DNA of 64,000 nt from a virus. Location of the stretch: positions 9,000-72,999 of the IMG/VR virus record IMGVR_UViG_3300017744_000003. One strand, given 5' to 3'. The notes beneath the pieces were generated by a model. The model worked only from the letters and a program-made list of their open reading frames with translations. It made no database searches and was not told where the DNA came from. A program made the position numbers and the translations under genes. Each line of letters opens with the position of its first letter. Positions within the stretch are counted from its first letter, which is position 1. Below are positions 8,690 through 18,645 of the stretch, one piece after another.

Positions 8690-11077
8690 ATGGCAGGGCC
8701 TAATCTAAGGAAACCGGCTGAAAAGCGTCAAGAGGGGGTAGACAGAGATGCTCTGTCAAAAGATAACGTTGCGATCGTCCAAGAACCTAGAGAGTTACTA
8801 AGTAACAGTACAGCAAATCCTAAATATACTCCTCGTAAAGTGAGTGCTCAAGTCCAAGAACTTGGAGATAACTCGGTTGACTTACCCTTTCACTCACTTA
8901 TAGGTCACACAGAACTGACTCCCTACTTTTGGATAAGACCAAAGAAAAGACCTATCTCACCCGAGCTTGACTTTGTTAACCCTCTAAGAAAGAACATTAA
9001 GTCGATAAACTTGACAAATACCTACGGTAAGTTCCCTACGGTAGAATTTGAAATGTATATACCGGAGTTTCGACAAATAAGTACTACAATGGTGGTGGGT
9101 GACACTATAAGAAAGCGTGACCCTGGAAAGATTATAGATTACTTCAAGTTGGGTGAATCTTTTAGTGTAAAGTGGGGTTATGTAAGTAACCATACTGAAT
9201 GGTCTAGTTTTAGGGTGATTGATCGACAGGTTAAATTTGAAAACGGCACTGCTCTCTTGACGGTCAAAGGTCGAATAGGATCTCGTTTAAGTGCTACGAT
9301 TACTTCAGACGTATTCTCTGCTTCTTATGGAAAGACCACTTTTGATCAGATAGCAGGTCTTGTTGACATGAAAGTTAACTATAGAGGACTGCTTGACGAA
9401 GAGTATGAACAACTTCTTAAGCAAGAGAATACTGTTTTGTTTTCAGGAGCAAATACACTAGCAATTGGCGCATACTTAGAAGCTACAAAGGCAGACGTTG
9501 AGTTATATTTAGATCCCATAGACAATGAAATGAGGCTTACAACACCCTTTAAATATGAGATGATTAAGAGAGGTACTAAGCCTTACAAGATGACCTATGG
9601 TTACCCTACGTCTAATATTGCTTCAATAGATGTAGAGACCAAATACCCTAAGAAAAAGGGGACGGGGATACGGAAATCTAAACCTTTAAGTCAGAAGCCT
9701 AGTGGAACTGCTATTATAAACCGTAAGGCGGGTACTGCCCAATATGTTCAAGCAGGTGTTATTAAATACACGCTTAATGGCGAAGAGAAGCGGTTTGAAG
9801 TGGGTAACCTTACAGACTATAATAAAAAATCTTTAAACGATAATGGAGACTTTGACTCACTAGTGGGGCTAAAGTCTTTAGAAAATGGACGGTTCCCCCC
9901 TAGTGATGGTTATAAAGTTTATTTTGTAGAACAATCTACCAACAGAGACTACGGAGACTATCTGATTGTAAGAAACATAAGTCTTCCCACAGAGTTAACT
10001 TTAGAGCGACGAAGTGTAACTAATACAGAATATCTATTCTTACTTTCACAAAGTGAACAAAATAAACTATTTGTTTCGACAAATAACGTAATAAATGATG
10101 ACGGTCTTCTTGAGGTTACTGTTTATAAACGTAATGTAGACTCTAGTGTAAATATTCAAGAAGACGTAAAACCAGAAACAGATGAAATGGTCTTTGAAAC
10201 TACCATCATTGAAGCGACACCTAAAGGGGGCGATACAGAAGAAGGTGATGAGTTAGAGGACAAGTGGGTGAGTGTGGCGGGTAAACAAACGTACATTGAC
10301 GCTCAACACTACGCATCTAATAAGAATAATACAGGTTTACTTACTAGTAGTAAAGTTACCGCCTTTGAAGAACAAGTAGCCGAACTTAAAAAAGAAGCCC
10401 AAGCTAAGGGAGAGGACTTTCGAGTAAGTAAAAAATCGCTAGGCAGTACACTCCTCTATCAACTAGAGGAGAAGACTCAAGTTAAAGTGCGGACTGATCC
10501 TAGTAATGCAAAAGAAGATGATGACGGGGGCAAGGGTTCTTCGGAAAGTGCAAGTCCTGACGCTAGTACACCTGCACCTCCTTTTAAGCCAATAGCTCAA
10601 CAAAGTGGTGCTCCTCGTAGAGCCCGTAGGCTTAAAACAACTAAGGTTCGTATTCGATTAAAAGCCGGAGACTGGACTATGCGTGTTGGTCGGATTATTG
10701 AGATAGTGGATATTCACAAGAGTCTTAATGGTTTCTACTATGTGTTTTCAGAAGAGCACAATATAGGTACGGATGGTTTTCATACTGAAATAGAATGTCG
10801 TAAAGCATCTAAAAAGGCTGTAAACAGTTACGGTAAAACGATTAGGCGAAAAGATTCTAAGAAGAAAGAAAAGGGAGGGACTCGTAGCGCAAAGTCAGGA
10901 GAGAGTGTAGACGTAAAGAATGCTACTGATAAAACGATAGTTATCGATGTTGATCTACGTGAAAAGAATAGGTTAGATGCCCAAAATAAGGCTAAAGAAA
11001 AGCAAAAAAAATTAGAAATACAAAAAGCTAATAACAATACTATTGAACGCTTTTCAAACATACCGGAGGCAACATGA
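8690..11077 (+). CDS. Baseplate hub protein (gp27 / P2 gpD-like) with a large insertion
   Basis: VKWGY near the N-terminus; C-terminal GRIIEIV..LNGFYYV..EEHNIGTDGFHTEIEC. Lies between the LysM and spike genes. Confidence 0.7.
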   Translation: MAGPNLRKPAEKRQEGVDRDALSKDNVAIVQEPRELLSNSTANPKYTPRKVSAQVQELGDNSVDLPFHSLIGHTELTPYFWIRPKKRPISPELDFVNPLRKNIKSINLTNTYGKFPTVEFEMYIPEFRQISTTMVVGDTIRKRDPGKIIDYFKLGESFSVKWGYVSNHTEWSSFRVIDRQVKFENGTALLTVKGRIGSRLSATITSDVFSASYGKTTFDQIAGLVDMKVNYRGLLDEEYEQLLKQENTVLFSGANTLAIGAYLEATKADVELYLDPIDNEMRLTTPFKYEMIKRGTKPYKMTYGYPTSNIASIDVETKYPKKKGTGIRKSKPLSQKPSGTAIINRKAGTAQYVQAGVIKYTLNGEEKRFEVGNLTDYNKKSLNDNGDFDSLVGLKSLENGRFPPSDGYKVYFVEQSTNRDYGDYLIVRNISLPTELTLERRSVTNTEYLFLLSQSEQNKLFVSTNNVINDDGLLEVTVYKRNVDSSVNIQEDVKPETDEMVFETTIIEATPKGGDTEEGDELEDKWVSVAGKQTYIDAQHYASNKNNTGLLTSSKVTAFEEQVAELKKEAQAKGEDFRVSKKSLGSTLLYQLEEKTQVKVRTDPSNAKEDDDGGKGSSESASPDASTPAPPFKPIAQQSGAPRRARRLKTTKVRIRLKAGDWTMRVGRIIEIVDIHKSLNGFYYVFSEEHNIGTDGFHTEIECRKASKKAVNSYGKTIRRKDSKKKEKGGTRSAKSGESVDVKNATDKTIVIDVDLREKNRLDAQNKAKEKQKKLEIQKANNNTIERFSNIPEAT

Positions 11078-12465
11078 TAGATTTAGTTGAATATGAACAA
11101 AGATACTTTAACCGTTTCTATGGTAAGAGAAGAGCTAGAGTTATAGAGAACCAGGATCCTGAACGTAGGGGCCGTATAAAGGTTGAGAACACCGAACTTT
11201 ACGGTGTAAGTAATTCACCTTGGGTTATGCCTTGTTTCCCCTTTTATGGCGGTAGGGATTGTGGTTTCTTTTCAGTACCTCCTATTGGATCTTTAGTTTG
11301 GATTGAGTGTGAAGAAGGATTGGCTGAATACCCTATTTACTCTGGGGGGTTCTTTGACCTTACGACGGGCGGTCATTCTAGCGATGGTTCTCCTATTGAA
11401 AACAGTAACGAATACCAAGAAGTTTTAAGCGCTGCTCCCGCTCATGCTAGGGGAGACTTAGACGGTTCAGACTTAGGTGGTCTTAAAGGTAGATATGGCG
11501 TACCTGCTTCTTCTTTTGAAGGTGACTATGGCGAGGTAACTATTTTCCAAACCAAGACAGGTCATAAGTTAGAGTTTGACGATACTGAGGGCGGACAAAG
11601 AATACATATACACCATTCTAATGGTGCTCACATAGAGATGTTGCCCGATGGTTCTATCAATATAGTCACCGAAGGGAGTGTCCTAACAAGAGGTACGCAT
11701 AGGAGAGAGTTTATATCTGATTCTAAACTAGAAGTAGTGGGTGGTAATCGTACTCAAACGATAGAAGGTGATGCGAGTAGCAGTGTACTAGGTTCTGAAA
11801 CAAAGACTGTCCAAGGTTCTTCATCTTTTAGTGCAGATAGCTTAAGTAGTGAGTTTTTTGGAGACTTAAGTGTACAGGCGGGTACCGTAAAAGCAGAATC
11901 AACAAACTTGTTTGAGTTGTTATCTGGAGGCGATATTTCCTTTAACGCTTTTGGCGATCTCGATCTCCTTACTGCGGGTAAAGGTGTCTTTAGTTGTTCT
12001 AATGCTGTAACTTTGCCTACAGGATTACCATTTGTTACAGATAGTTTATCTATCTCGGGATTAAACGGTAACGTGAGTATTTCAAGTTCAGATGTAACGA
12101 ATACAGTTAGTTATGGCATGATAGCTAGAGGGGGTCTACTTGCGCCGTTGGGCGGCGAAGTGTTTATAGGAAATACTTCCGTTCCCCAACTTGGTGTTGG
12201 TGGCTTACCTTTACTAAAAGAACCTGCTGTCATGGGTACTCAGATGCAGTTGTTTATGGAAGCGGTCTTAGGCGCTTTGGACGGTTTCTTCTTAGCGACT
12301 AATACAGGTGGTGTTACACCAGGCTTTGGCGGCCCTAATCCTATCTTGGGTGCTGCTTCTATAGCGGCTCAACTCGCTCTCAATGGCGCAAGAGCTACGT
12401 TCCTAACCCCTACCCCAAACCAACCACTCATACTCTCAGAGTGTGTTTATCTCAGTAAGGCATAA
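11074..12465 (+). CDS. Baseplate spike (gp5/VgrG OB-fold plus beta-helix)
   Basis: FYGKRRARVIENQDPERRGRIKV, GFFSVPPIGSLVWIE, TKTGHKLEFDDTEG, then VxG beta-helix repeats. Confidence 0.92.
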   Translation: MIDLVEYEQRYFNRFYGKRRARVIENQDPERRGRIKVENTELYGVSNSPWVMPCFPFYGGRDCGFFSVPPIGSLVWIECEEGLAEYPIYSGGFFDLTTGGHSSDGSPIENSNEYQEVLSAAPAHARGDLDGSDLGGLKGRYGVPASSFEGDYGEVTIFQTKTGHKLEFDDTEGGQRIHIHHSNGAHIEMLPDGSINIVTEGSVLTRGTHRREFISDSKLEVVGGNRTQTIEGDASSSVLGSETKTVQGSSSFSADSLSSEFFGDLSVQAGTVKAESTNLFELLSGGDISFNAFGDLDLLTAGKGVFSCSNAVTLPTGLPFVTDSLSISGLNGNVSISSSDVTNTVSYGMIARGGLLAPLGGEVFIGNTSVPQLGVGGLPLLKEPAVMGTQMQLFMEAVLGALDGFFLATNTGGVTPGFGGPNPILGAASIAAQLALNGARATFLTPTPNQPLILSECVYLSKA

Positions 12466-12468
12466 GAC

Positions 12469-12798
12469 ATGGCATTAAACCCCGCACAGTTAGCAACCGC
12501 TTTAGCGCAAGTTGATATAGATCTGATAAATAGTAAGTATAGAGATTCTGATGTTATTCCGCCTGTGATTCCTCAAGCTGTCTTAGACTCTATAAATCTA
12601 AGAGCTACTCAATATGCCCAGGCGATTCATACTTGGATATTGACCGCGACGGTAAACACAAATGTGAACACCACCTCCACTACTACTAACCCCACAGGTA
12701 CTGTTAATGTTATAGGAACAGCAGCCGCCCAAACAAACCCTGCACCTATTGTGGGTACTGCTACAGGCACAGGTACAGGGGTGGGCACACTAAGTTGA
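12469..12798 (+). CDS. Small Thr/Gly-rich protein, possible spike tip
   Basis: 109 aa right after the spike, ending in (GT)n. Positional inference only. Confidence 0.45.
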   Translation: MALNPAQLATALAQVDIDLINSKYRDSDVIPPVIPQAVLDSINLRATQYAQAIHTWILTATVNTNVNTTSTTTNPTGTVNVIGTAAAQTNPAPIVGTATGTGTGVGTLS

Positions 12799-12823
12799 TA
12801 CTTTTCAACAACTATGAGGACTT

Positions 12824-13132
12824 ATGGACGAGTTAAACCTAGATAAACTTAATGACTCTTTAGTTAGCCCTTGGGAGGCTAGGGGAGTTAGTGCAGAACT
12901 ATACGCTAACGACTTGTTAGAGCGTTGGCAGACAATTAATGATATAGTCAACAGTGGACGAGGAGACACTTCAATAGTAAAATCAACCTTATCAGACACT
13001 TTAGAATTTATGGTTTGGGCAAGCGCCAAAAAGGAGTTAAGCTCCTGTTTAGCCCTAGTTAAGACACATATGACAAGGCTAAATCATGGTAAACAAAATA
13101 TCAGCGCAGCAACGAGGCTTAATAAGAAGTAA
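12824..13132 (+). CDS. Hypothetical protein
   Basis: 102 aa with a GAGGA SD, in the tail operon. Confidence 0.6.
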   Translation: MDELNLDKLNDSLVSPWEARGVSAELYANDLLERWQTINDIVNSGRGDTSIVKSTLSDTLEFMVWASAKKELSSCLALVKTHMTRLNHGKQNISAATRLNKK

Positions 13133-14345
13133 GAATTTTGAGGAGTTTCTAAAAGATTCGCCGGAGGGGTTTGAATATAGTTTCGGTTTAGGTTTAAGCG
13201 CTCAAGATATCTTAGAGAACTTAGGTTTAGACTTTGTTGAAGACGCGCTAGAAGGATTAAGCGCTTTTGTGTCTGCTCTTTCGTTGGTCGTAGACCTAAT
13301 AGCCACACTTACTGATATAATCGCTTTATCTTTGGGTGTTGCCATTGATACTTTCCAAGCACTAGCTTTGCTGATAAAGCAGACCTTAGAATCAGTAATA
13401 GACCTTTTTACAGGTGCTTCAATTAGTCCACTTTTTCACTTCCCTCAAACGTACAAATCTAGGCGTACCCCAAGCGAAGTCCTGTATGATGTGGGCATGG
13501 CATACTTAGACGAACAGGATAGTAATAGGCCCATAACGGTGAGCGAAAACTTTGGTATTGCGGTTGTAGCCTTGTTTAGTGCGCCTAACTTAGAACAACT
13601 TATGTTGACGTTTGATAACATCACCAAACAGTTTAAGGGTATTGCTTCTTTTGACGATGGGGGCGATAGTTTTGCAAGTAGGTGGAACAGAGTAGACGAA
13701 GCCTTCCCACGGAAAAAATATCTTGTCAAAGGGACTTCCGGTATGGCTCCCGACTTTAGTTACAAGATTGACTTAACTGAGTTTTTATTTGTAGGGCAAA
13801 TCGTGAGAAGTCTTAATAGCTTAGTCCAGCAAATTGAAAAAGGACGAACTTCACTAGATAAGGTGAGTCAGATTATTGACCTAGCGCAAAGAAGAATTTC
13901 AACGGTTAATACCTTGGCGAACAAAATATTAACAGCAATCAACTCTTTAGCTGCTTTGCTAGCTCTAGGTGACGCAAACACAGTCTTTGTATGTAGTGGA
14001 GTAGGTAAAGATGAGGATTTTGCGAAGGGAATTATTAATGCACCTCTTCACCCAGAGTACCCAAGGTCTACCTTCATAGAAGAGATAAATACGCAAAGTA
14101 AGAGTAGAGGTCTTCCTAATGTTTTGAACCGAGAAATTGGGGAACAAAGTTTATTTAGCGGCGCGTTATTGCTTCATCTACAAACGCCAAGCCCTTCGTC
14201 AGAAACAGAAGAGGCAAGAAAGATCCTTAGGCTATTAAACTTACTTTATAGCCCACAAGAGACACAAGATTCATTCGATCAAAGAGGAGATAGGCTAACA
14301 CAAACAGGCCGGTCTCTATCTAGGTCTGTACAGGGGGGCAACTAA
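13086..14345 (+). CDS. Hypothetical helical protein in the baseplate cluster
   Basis: 419 aa ORF coupled to gp25 by a TAATG overlap. No recognised motif. Confidence 0.65.
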   Translation: MVNKISAQQRGLIRSKNFEEFLKDSPEGFEYSFGLGLSAQDILENLGLDFVEDALEGLSAFVSALSLVVDLIATLTDIIALSLGVAIDTFQALALLIKQTLESVIDLFTGASISPLFHFPQTYKSRRTPSEVLYDVGMAYLDEQDSNRPITVSENFGIAVVALFSAPNLEQLMLTFDNITKQFKGIASFDDGGDSFASRWNRVDEAFPRKKYLVKGTSGMAPDFSYKIDLTEFLFVGQIVRSLNSLVQQIEKGRTSLDKVSQIIDLAQRRISTVNTLANKILTAINSLAALLALGDANTVFVCSGVGKDEDFAKGIINAPLHPEYPRSTFIEEINTQSKSRGLPNVLNREIGEQSLFSGALLLHLQTPSPSSETEEARKILRLLNLLYSPQETQDSFDQRGDRLTQTGRSLSRSVQGGN

Positions 14346-14710
14346 TGTCGAAGTTAAAAGGACTATCTTTTCCTATAAAGTTCTCTCCTAGAGGCTCTTT
14401 GTCTACAACAACGGGTATCGATAAAATCAAAGAAAATATCAAAGCGATTGTGTTAACAGCTTTGAATGAAAGAGTAATGAACCCTGGTATCGGAGCTATG
14501 GGTTATCAATATCTGATGAGAAATCTTACGGATCAAGAACGCTCAATCTTAAAGCATGAAATGAGGCTTGGGATTGAAGCGGGAGAAAGCCGTATCGTCA
14601 TTTTAGATATTAAAATTGACCAACCTAGTATAGATGGGAAGCTACTCATCTCTTTAACATTTAAACTAGATAATTCTACTGAGTATGAAGACTTAAGTTT
14701 CTTCGTATAG
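14345..14710 (+). CDS. Baseplate wedge / sheath initiator (gp25/GPW family)
   Basis: GLSFPIKF, IKENIKAIVLT..NERVMNP..G, ESRI. Confidence 0.9.
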   Translation: MSKLKGLSFPIKFSPRGSLSTTTGIDKIKENIKAIVLTALNERVMNPGIGAMGYQYLMRNLTDQERSILKHEMRLGIEAGESRIVILDIKIDQPSIDGKLLISLTFKLDNSTEYEDLSFFV

Positions 14711-14719
14711 GAGTTCGTT

Positions 14720-16618
14720 ATGCCTGTTAGAAACCAAACAACTTCCTTGGGTGGACTCCCAATACAGATTGATTATACTGCAAGAGATTTTGATGCAATT
14801 CGCGCTGAAATGCTGACACTTGCTAATCGTCTAACACCGGAATGGACAGATAGAGAACCTGGAGATATTGGGGTGACTCTTGTAGAGGCAATGGCTTACG
14901 TCTCAGACATTCTGTCTTATCAAATAGATAGGGTGCAGAACGAGTCATATCTAGCCAGTGCTCAAACAAGAGAATCGGTCGTAGATATATTACGGCTAAT
15001 CGGTTATGAGTTGTCTCCTGCGAGTCCTGCTACTGTCGGAATGGTAGTGAGAACAGACCAAGACAACGTAACACTTCCCAAAGGTTTTACGGTTAGGACT
15101 CAAGCAAACGCACAAACTTCAGCGCTTCAGTATCAGTTAACAGAAGCTGTTAACTTACCTTTAGCGGGTCTTTATTGTGTTTCATACGAGCAATCAAAAG
15201 TTAGCCGTATCTTCAATGAAAACTCGGTAACAAATGATAGTCTTATCTTCGTTGCAGGTCGACAAGTAGTTGAGGGCGTTGGCGTTAGTGATGGTACACA
15301 AAACCAAACTTTCTTACTAAGTAAATCTCCTGTTTGTTTAAGTGCCGATGGTTTGGCGAATATTAGCGTAACAGTAAACGGGGACGTTTATGAAGCTCGC
15401 ACTTCTTTTATTGGAGCAGACCCTAATGACCTTATTTTCACTTATAAGTTCCTCTCTACTGAAGAAGTCATCATCACATTTGGTGATGGAGTTAACGGTT
15501 TTGTTCCTACCAATAACGGTACTATTATAGCTTCTTATCGCATTGATGGTGGGCAAGTTACCAACCGAGCTGGGGTTGGTAGTATAGATAAGTTTGATAC
15601 AATAGAAGGTCTAGTGTCGGTTTATAATGTTAGCCAACCTTCAGGTGGTTCAGATCCAGAAGACTTATTGACTGCGAAAAGAAATGGACCTCTATCTATA
15701 AGGGCTTTAGATAGGTGTGTTACGCTAGAAGACTTTGAAACAATGGCAAGATTAACTCCTGGGGGGGCGATTAGAAGTGCTAGGGCAGTTGAGGGCGATT
15801 CGCCTCTTACTGTTGATGTTTATATTGCCACTGAAGGCGATAACCCCGTCCCATCGGGTCGTTGGTTCCCTTCTTTACAAAATGGTTATGGACTTATCGG
15901 TTCTGTGGGTCGTTGGTTAAGCCAAAAGAAACCGGTCCCTACTAAGTTAAATATCTTAGCACCTACCGCAGTAAACCCATACTTTGAAGCGACCGTCTTT
16001 GTATACCCAAACTTATTAAGGCAGACTGTAGAGTTTGACGTAGACTTGAGTCTACAGTCTTTATTTAATGAGATCACAAGCGACTTTGGCGAGAGTGTTC
16101 CTTTATCCGCAATAATGCAGGCGATAGAGAATACAAGAGGGGTCGATTATGTCGATGTAGTTTCAAGCCATCGACTGCCAAGTATTCGTTTTGTCTCTGG
16201 CAACGAGTCTGCTTTTGATGGATCTAATCTTTCTATAACAGAACTTAATGAGCAAACGGTTAAGAACAAATATTATGTTGAGTGGCTAAACGCTTCAGAA
16301 TACCAACTGAGAATAAATGACTTACTTATCGTTGATGAAAGCGGTAATAGTCGAACCTTTAGTGCAGCGCAATCTTTCCTTATCTCCCTTTACAATGACA
16401 TTACTGATCAAAACGAAGCGGCAAGACTTGATCAGTTTAAAATCATTATCGACATAGGCCCTGTACCTCCAAACGCACAAGACAGATGGGTCTTCTCTGT
16501 GGACGATTATCTAGGGAATATTGAAGCAGAAGACTATGAGATCATCGTTGCGCCTATTCAAAACGATGGTCGAATCTCTCAAGAACAATTTGTATTAACA
16601 TTTACTGGGGGTATCTAA
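14720..16618 (+). CDS. Baseplate J / gp6-like wedge protein
   Basis: IDYTARDFDAIR, PEWTDREPGDIGVTLVE, ITFGDGVNG, GGSDPE, RCVTLEDFE. Confidence 0.93.
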   Translation: MPVRNQTTSLGGLPIQIDYTARDFDAIRAEMLTLANRLTPEWTDREPGDIGVTLVEAMAYVSDILSYQIDRVQNESYLASAQTRESVVDILRLIGYELSPASPATVGMVVRTDQDNVTLPKGFTVRTQANAQTSALQYQLTEAVNLPLAGLYCVSYEQSKVSRIFNENSVTNDSLIFVAGRQVVEGVGVSDGTQNQTFLLSKSPVCLSADGLANISVTVNGDVYEARTSFIGADPNDLIFTYKFLSTEEVIITFGDGVNGFVPTNNGTIIASYRIDGGQVTNRAGVGSIDKFDTIEGLVSVYNVSQPSGGSDPEDLLTAKRNGPLSIRALDRCVTLEDFETMARLTPGGAIRSARAVEGDSPLTVDVYIATEGDNPVPSGRWFPSLQNGYGLIGSVGRWLSQKKPVPTKLNILAPTAVNPYFEATVFVYPNLLRQTVEFDVDLSLQSLFNEITSDFGESVPLSAIMQAIENTRGVDYVDVVSSHRLPSIRFVSGNESAFDGSNLSITELNEQTVKNKYYVEWLNASEYQLRINDLLIVDESGNSRTFSAAQSFLISLYNDITDQNEAARLDQFKIIIDIGPVPPNAQDRWVFSVDDYLGNIEAEDYEIIVAPIQNDGRISQEQFVLTFTGGI

Positions 16619-18075
16619 TGGCTACCCATGAAAGTTGGCAGTTTTCCTTTGTAAGAGAAATAGGAGAAGGAACTAAATCTGTACCTAACCTTGGGTACAG
16701 ATCCCCTCTAAAGGTAGAGATTAGTGGACTTACTTCGGGGTCTGCTCCTAACGAAGATTTTCCTCAGATAGTAACAAGCTCTGATCACATACGAGTCTCT
16801 TATTCAATGCCCATTGATCCTCAAGGTTATACGTTAACCGGTCGAGTAAAGATTCTTAAGAAGCCGAAAGAGTTCCCTAGAGGCTACTTAGATTCTTTAG
16901 CCTCCCTGGTAGTAGATGAGGATTATTCTAATGTACTTAACACATTAGACCGTGACGAATATTTCATGTTCATTGATGAACAGGTTACTTCTTCTCGTAT
17001 CATTTGGTACTACACAGTATTCTATGAGGCTACGGATGGTAATGGCGCTACTATTTGGTTGTTCTCGCCTATCAACAGTCACGACCGAGGATTTGCGCTA
17101 GACTCTGGTTTGTCTGCCTTTGGGCAGCAGATGTTTGACTACTTTCCTAGTGGGATACGGACCAAAGATAAGTCTGAGGGAGAAGACACTCTTTATCGTT
17201 TATGCCAAATACTAGGCAAGCCGCTTGACGAAATTAAAGAACGCTTAGATCAGTTTAGCGACAAGCGGTTCAAGCCGAACGATGTAGATGCCGCGTTTAT
17301 ACCTTATATAGATAACCTACTAGGTTGGCCTACAAACTTTGAGTTAAGAGAAGGTAGGCGACGGTTTGAGACTGAAGACGCGCTGAATGTTTGGAAAGTT
17401 AAGGGGACTAATAACGCCTTTGAGCTTGTCTTACAAAGAATCACGGGGTGGAATGTAGAACTACATGAGGGTTATAACCACATTGTGACTACAGCCACAC
17501 CGGAAGATGCGCTTGACGCTAACACTCCGCCTACTGATTGGGTCGAGGCTACTGATGGTGTTTGGGCAGACCAAGTGAACGCTTCACCTTTTAATGGTAC
17601 ACCTGACTTATCCAACTCCAACCATAACTACTTCCCTGGTTCACCAAACAATCCCTTTAGAGTGATACACGACAGTTCAACTTGGCTTAATATGTTTGGT
17701 GTTCTTGTTCAGTTAACTTCTCCTCTTAGTGAGGGGTCACCTCTACTTCGTAACTTAGCGCAAGAGAAGATTGACCGCTTGTTAGACTACTTAGCGATCC
17801 ACTATGCTAATTTCAAAGTACAAGTTGCTGATATATACAACGACACTTTAACACTAAACGGACTTGACTCATTCTCTGATGAGAATATCAGAGGGGTCGA
17901 TGAGTCAGGTGAGTTACTTATTACAGAGTCAATTTCAGATGAAACTGAGACAGGTGTACTATATACTTACCCACACGCTGACGCTTTAGAGTCTGCGACG
18001 AATGTCACATGGAGTTCTTCTGTCGTTGGTAACGTAGGTCGAATCTTCCACAACGCGCTGAACCAAGGGATATAA
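16618..18075 (+). CDS. Baseplate wedge protein (P2 gpI / gp7-like domain)
   Basis: FIPYIDNLLGW...WKVKGT...ITGW; coupled to the J gene. Confidence 0.8.
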   Translation: MATHESWQFSFVREIGEGTKSVPNLGYRSPLKVEISGLTSGSAPNEDFPQIVTSSDHIRVSYSMPIDPQGYTLTGRVKILKKPKEFPRGYLDSLASLVVDEDYSNVLNTLDRDEYFMFIDEQVTSSRIIWYYTVFYEATDGNGATIWLFSPINSHDRGFALDSGLSAFGQQMFDYFPSGIRTKDKSEGEDTLYRLCQILGKPLDEIKERLDQFSDKRFKPNDVDAAFIPYIDNLLGWPTNFELREGRRRFETEDALNVWKVKGTNNAFELVLQRITGWNVELHEGYNHIVTTATPEDALDANTPPTDWVEATDGVWADQVNASPFNGTPDLSNSNHNYFPGSPNNPFRVIHDSSTWLNMFGVLVQLTSPLSEGSPLLRNLAQEKIDRLLDYLAIHYANFKVQVADIYNDTLTLNGLDSFSDENIRGVDESGELLITESISDETETGVLYTYPHADALESATNVTWSSSVVGNVGRIFHNALNQGI

Positions 18076-18076
18076 T

Positions 18077-18643
18077 ATGAAGTTAATCATGGTAGGGAAG
18101 TTTAAGGACACACTGACATGGCAGTCTCACACAGGCTATAAGCGAACAGAAGAGCGGGGGTGGTCTTTTAATCAAATACAAGACTCTGCTCTTCACCAAG
18201 TTACAGGTTCAATCATAGGTGTCGAGGACACTACCTCTGGACTTTTCAACAACTTTGCGCCGATTCGTTACCTAGCTATAGGGTCAGGTGATTCTTCTTG
18301 GGACGCTGATCCTAATAACGTATCAAAACCTGTCACGCAAACTTCCCTTACTACAGAGTTCACTCGTTTTGCAGTTACCGCAGACGAGTTTGAGTTCTTA
18401 GATAATAGTGGCGTGTTACTATCTCCTCAATCACTGAGCCCAAGATTCAGACTAACAAGGCTACTAGGGGCGAACGATGCTAATGGAGATCTAAGGGAAT
18501 TTGGACTCTTTGGCGGTGACGCAAGTGCAGGTTTTGATACCGGAGTTATGTTCAACTGGATCACACACCCACTAATCCAAAAAGACGCTACGCTTGTTAT
18601 TGAGCGCGTCATAGATATTCAGTTCTCAATCAACAGGAGTTAA
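18077..18643 (+). CDS. Baseplate/tail-fibre attachment protein (gpH N-terminal-like)
   Basis: YLAIGSG...QTSL..E and ANGDLREFGLFGG...KD motifs. Confidence 0.7.
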   Translation: MKLIMVGKFKDTLTWQSHTGYKRTEERGWSFNQIQDSALHQVTGSIIGVEDTTSGLFNNFAPIRYLAIGSGDSSWDADPNNVSKPVTQTSLTTEFTRFAVTADEFEFLDNSGVLLSPQSLSPRFRLTRLLGANDANGDLREFGLFGGDASAGFDTGVMFNWITHPLIQKDATLVIERVIDIQFSINRS

Positions 18644-18645
18644 TA

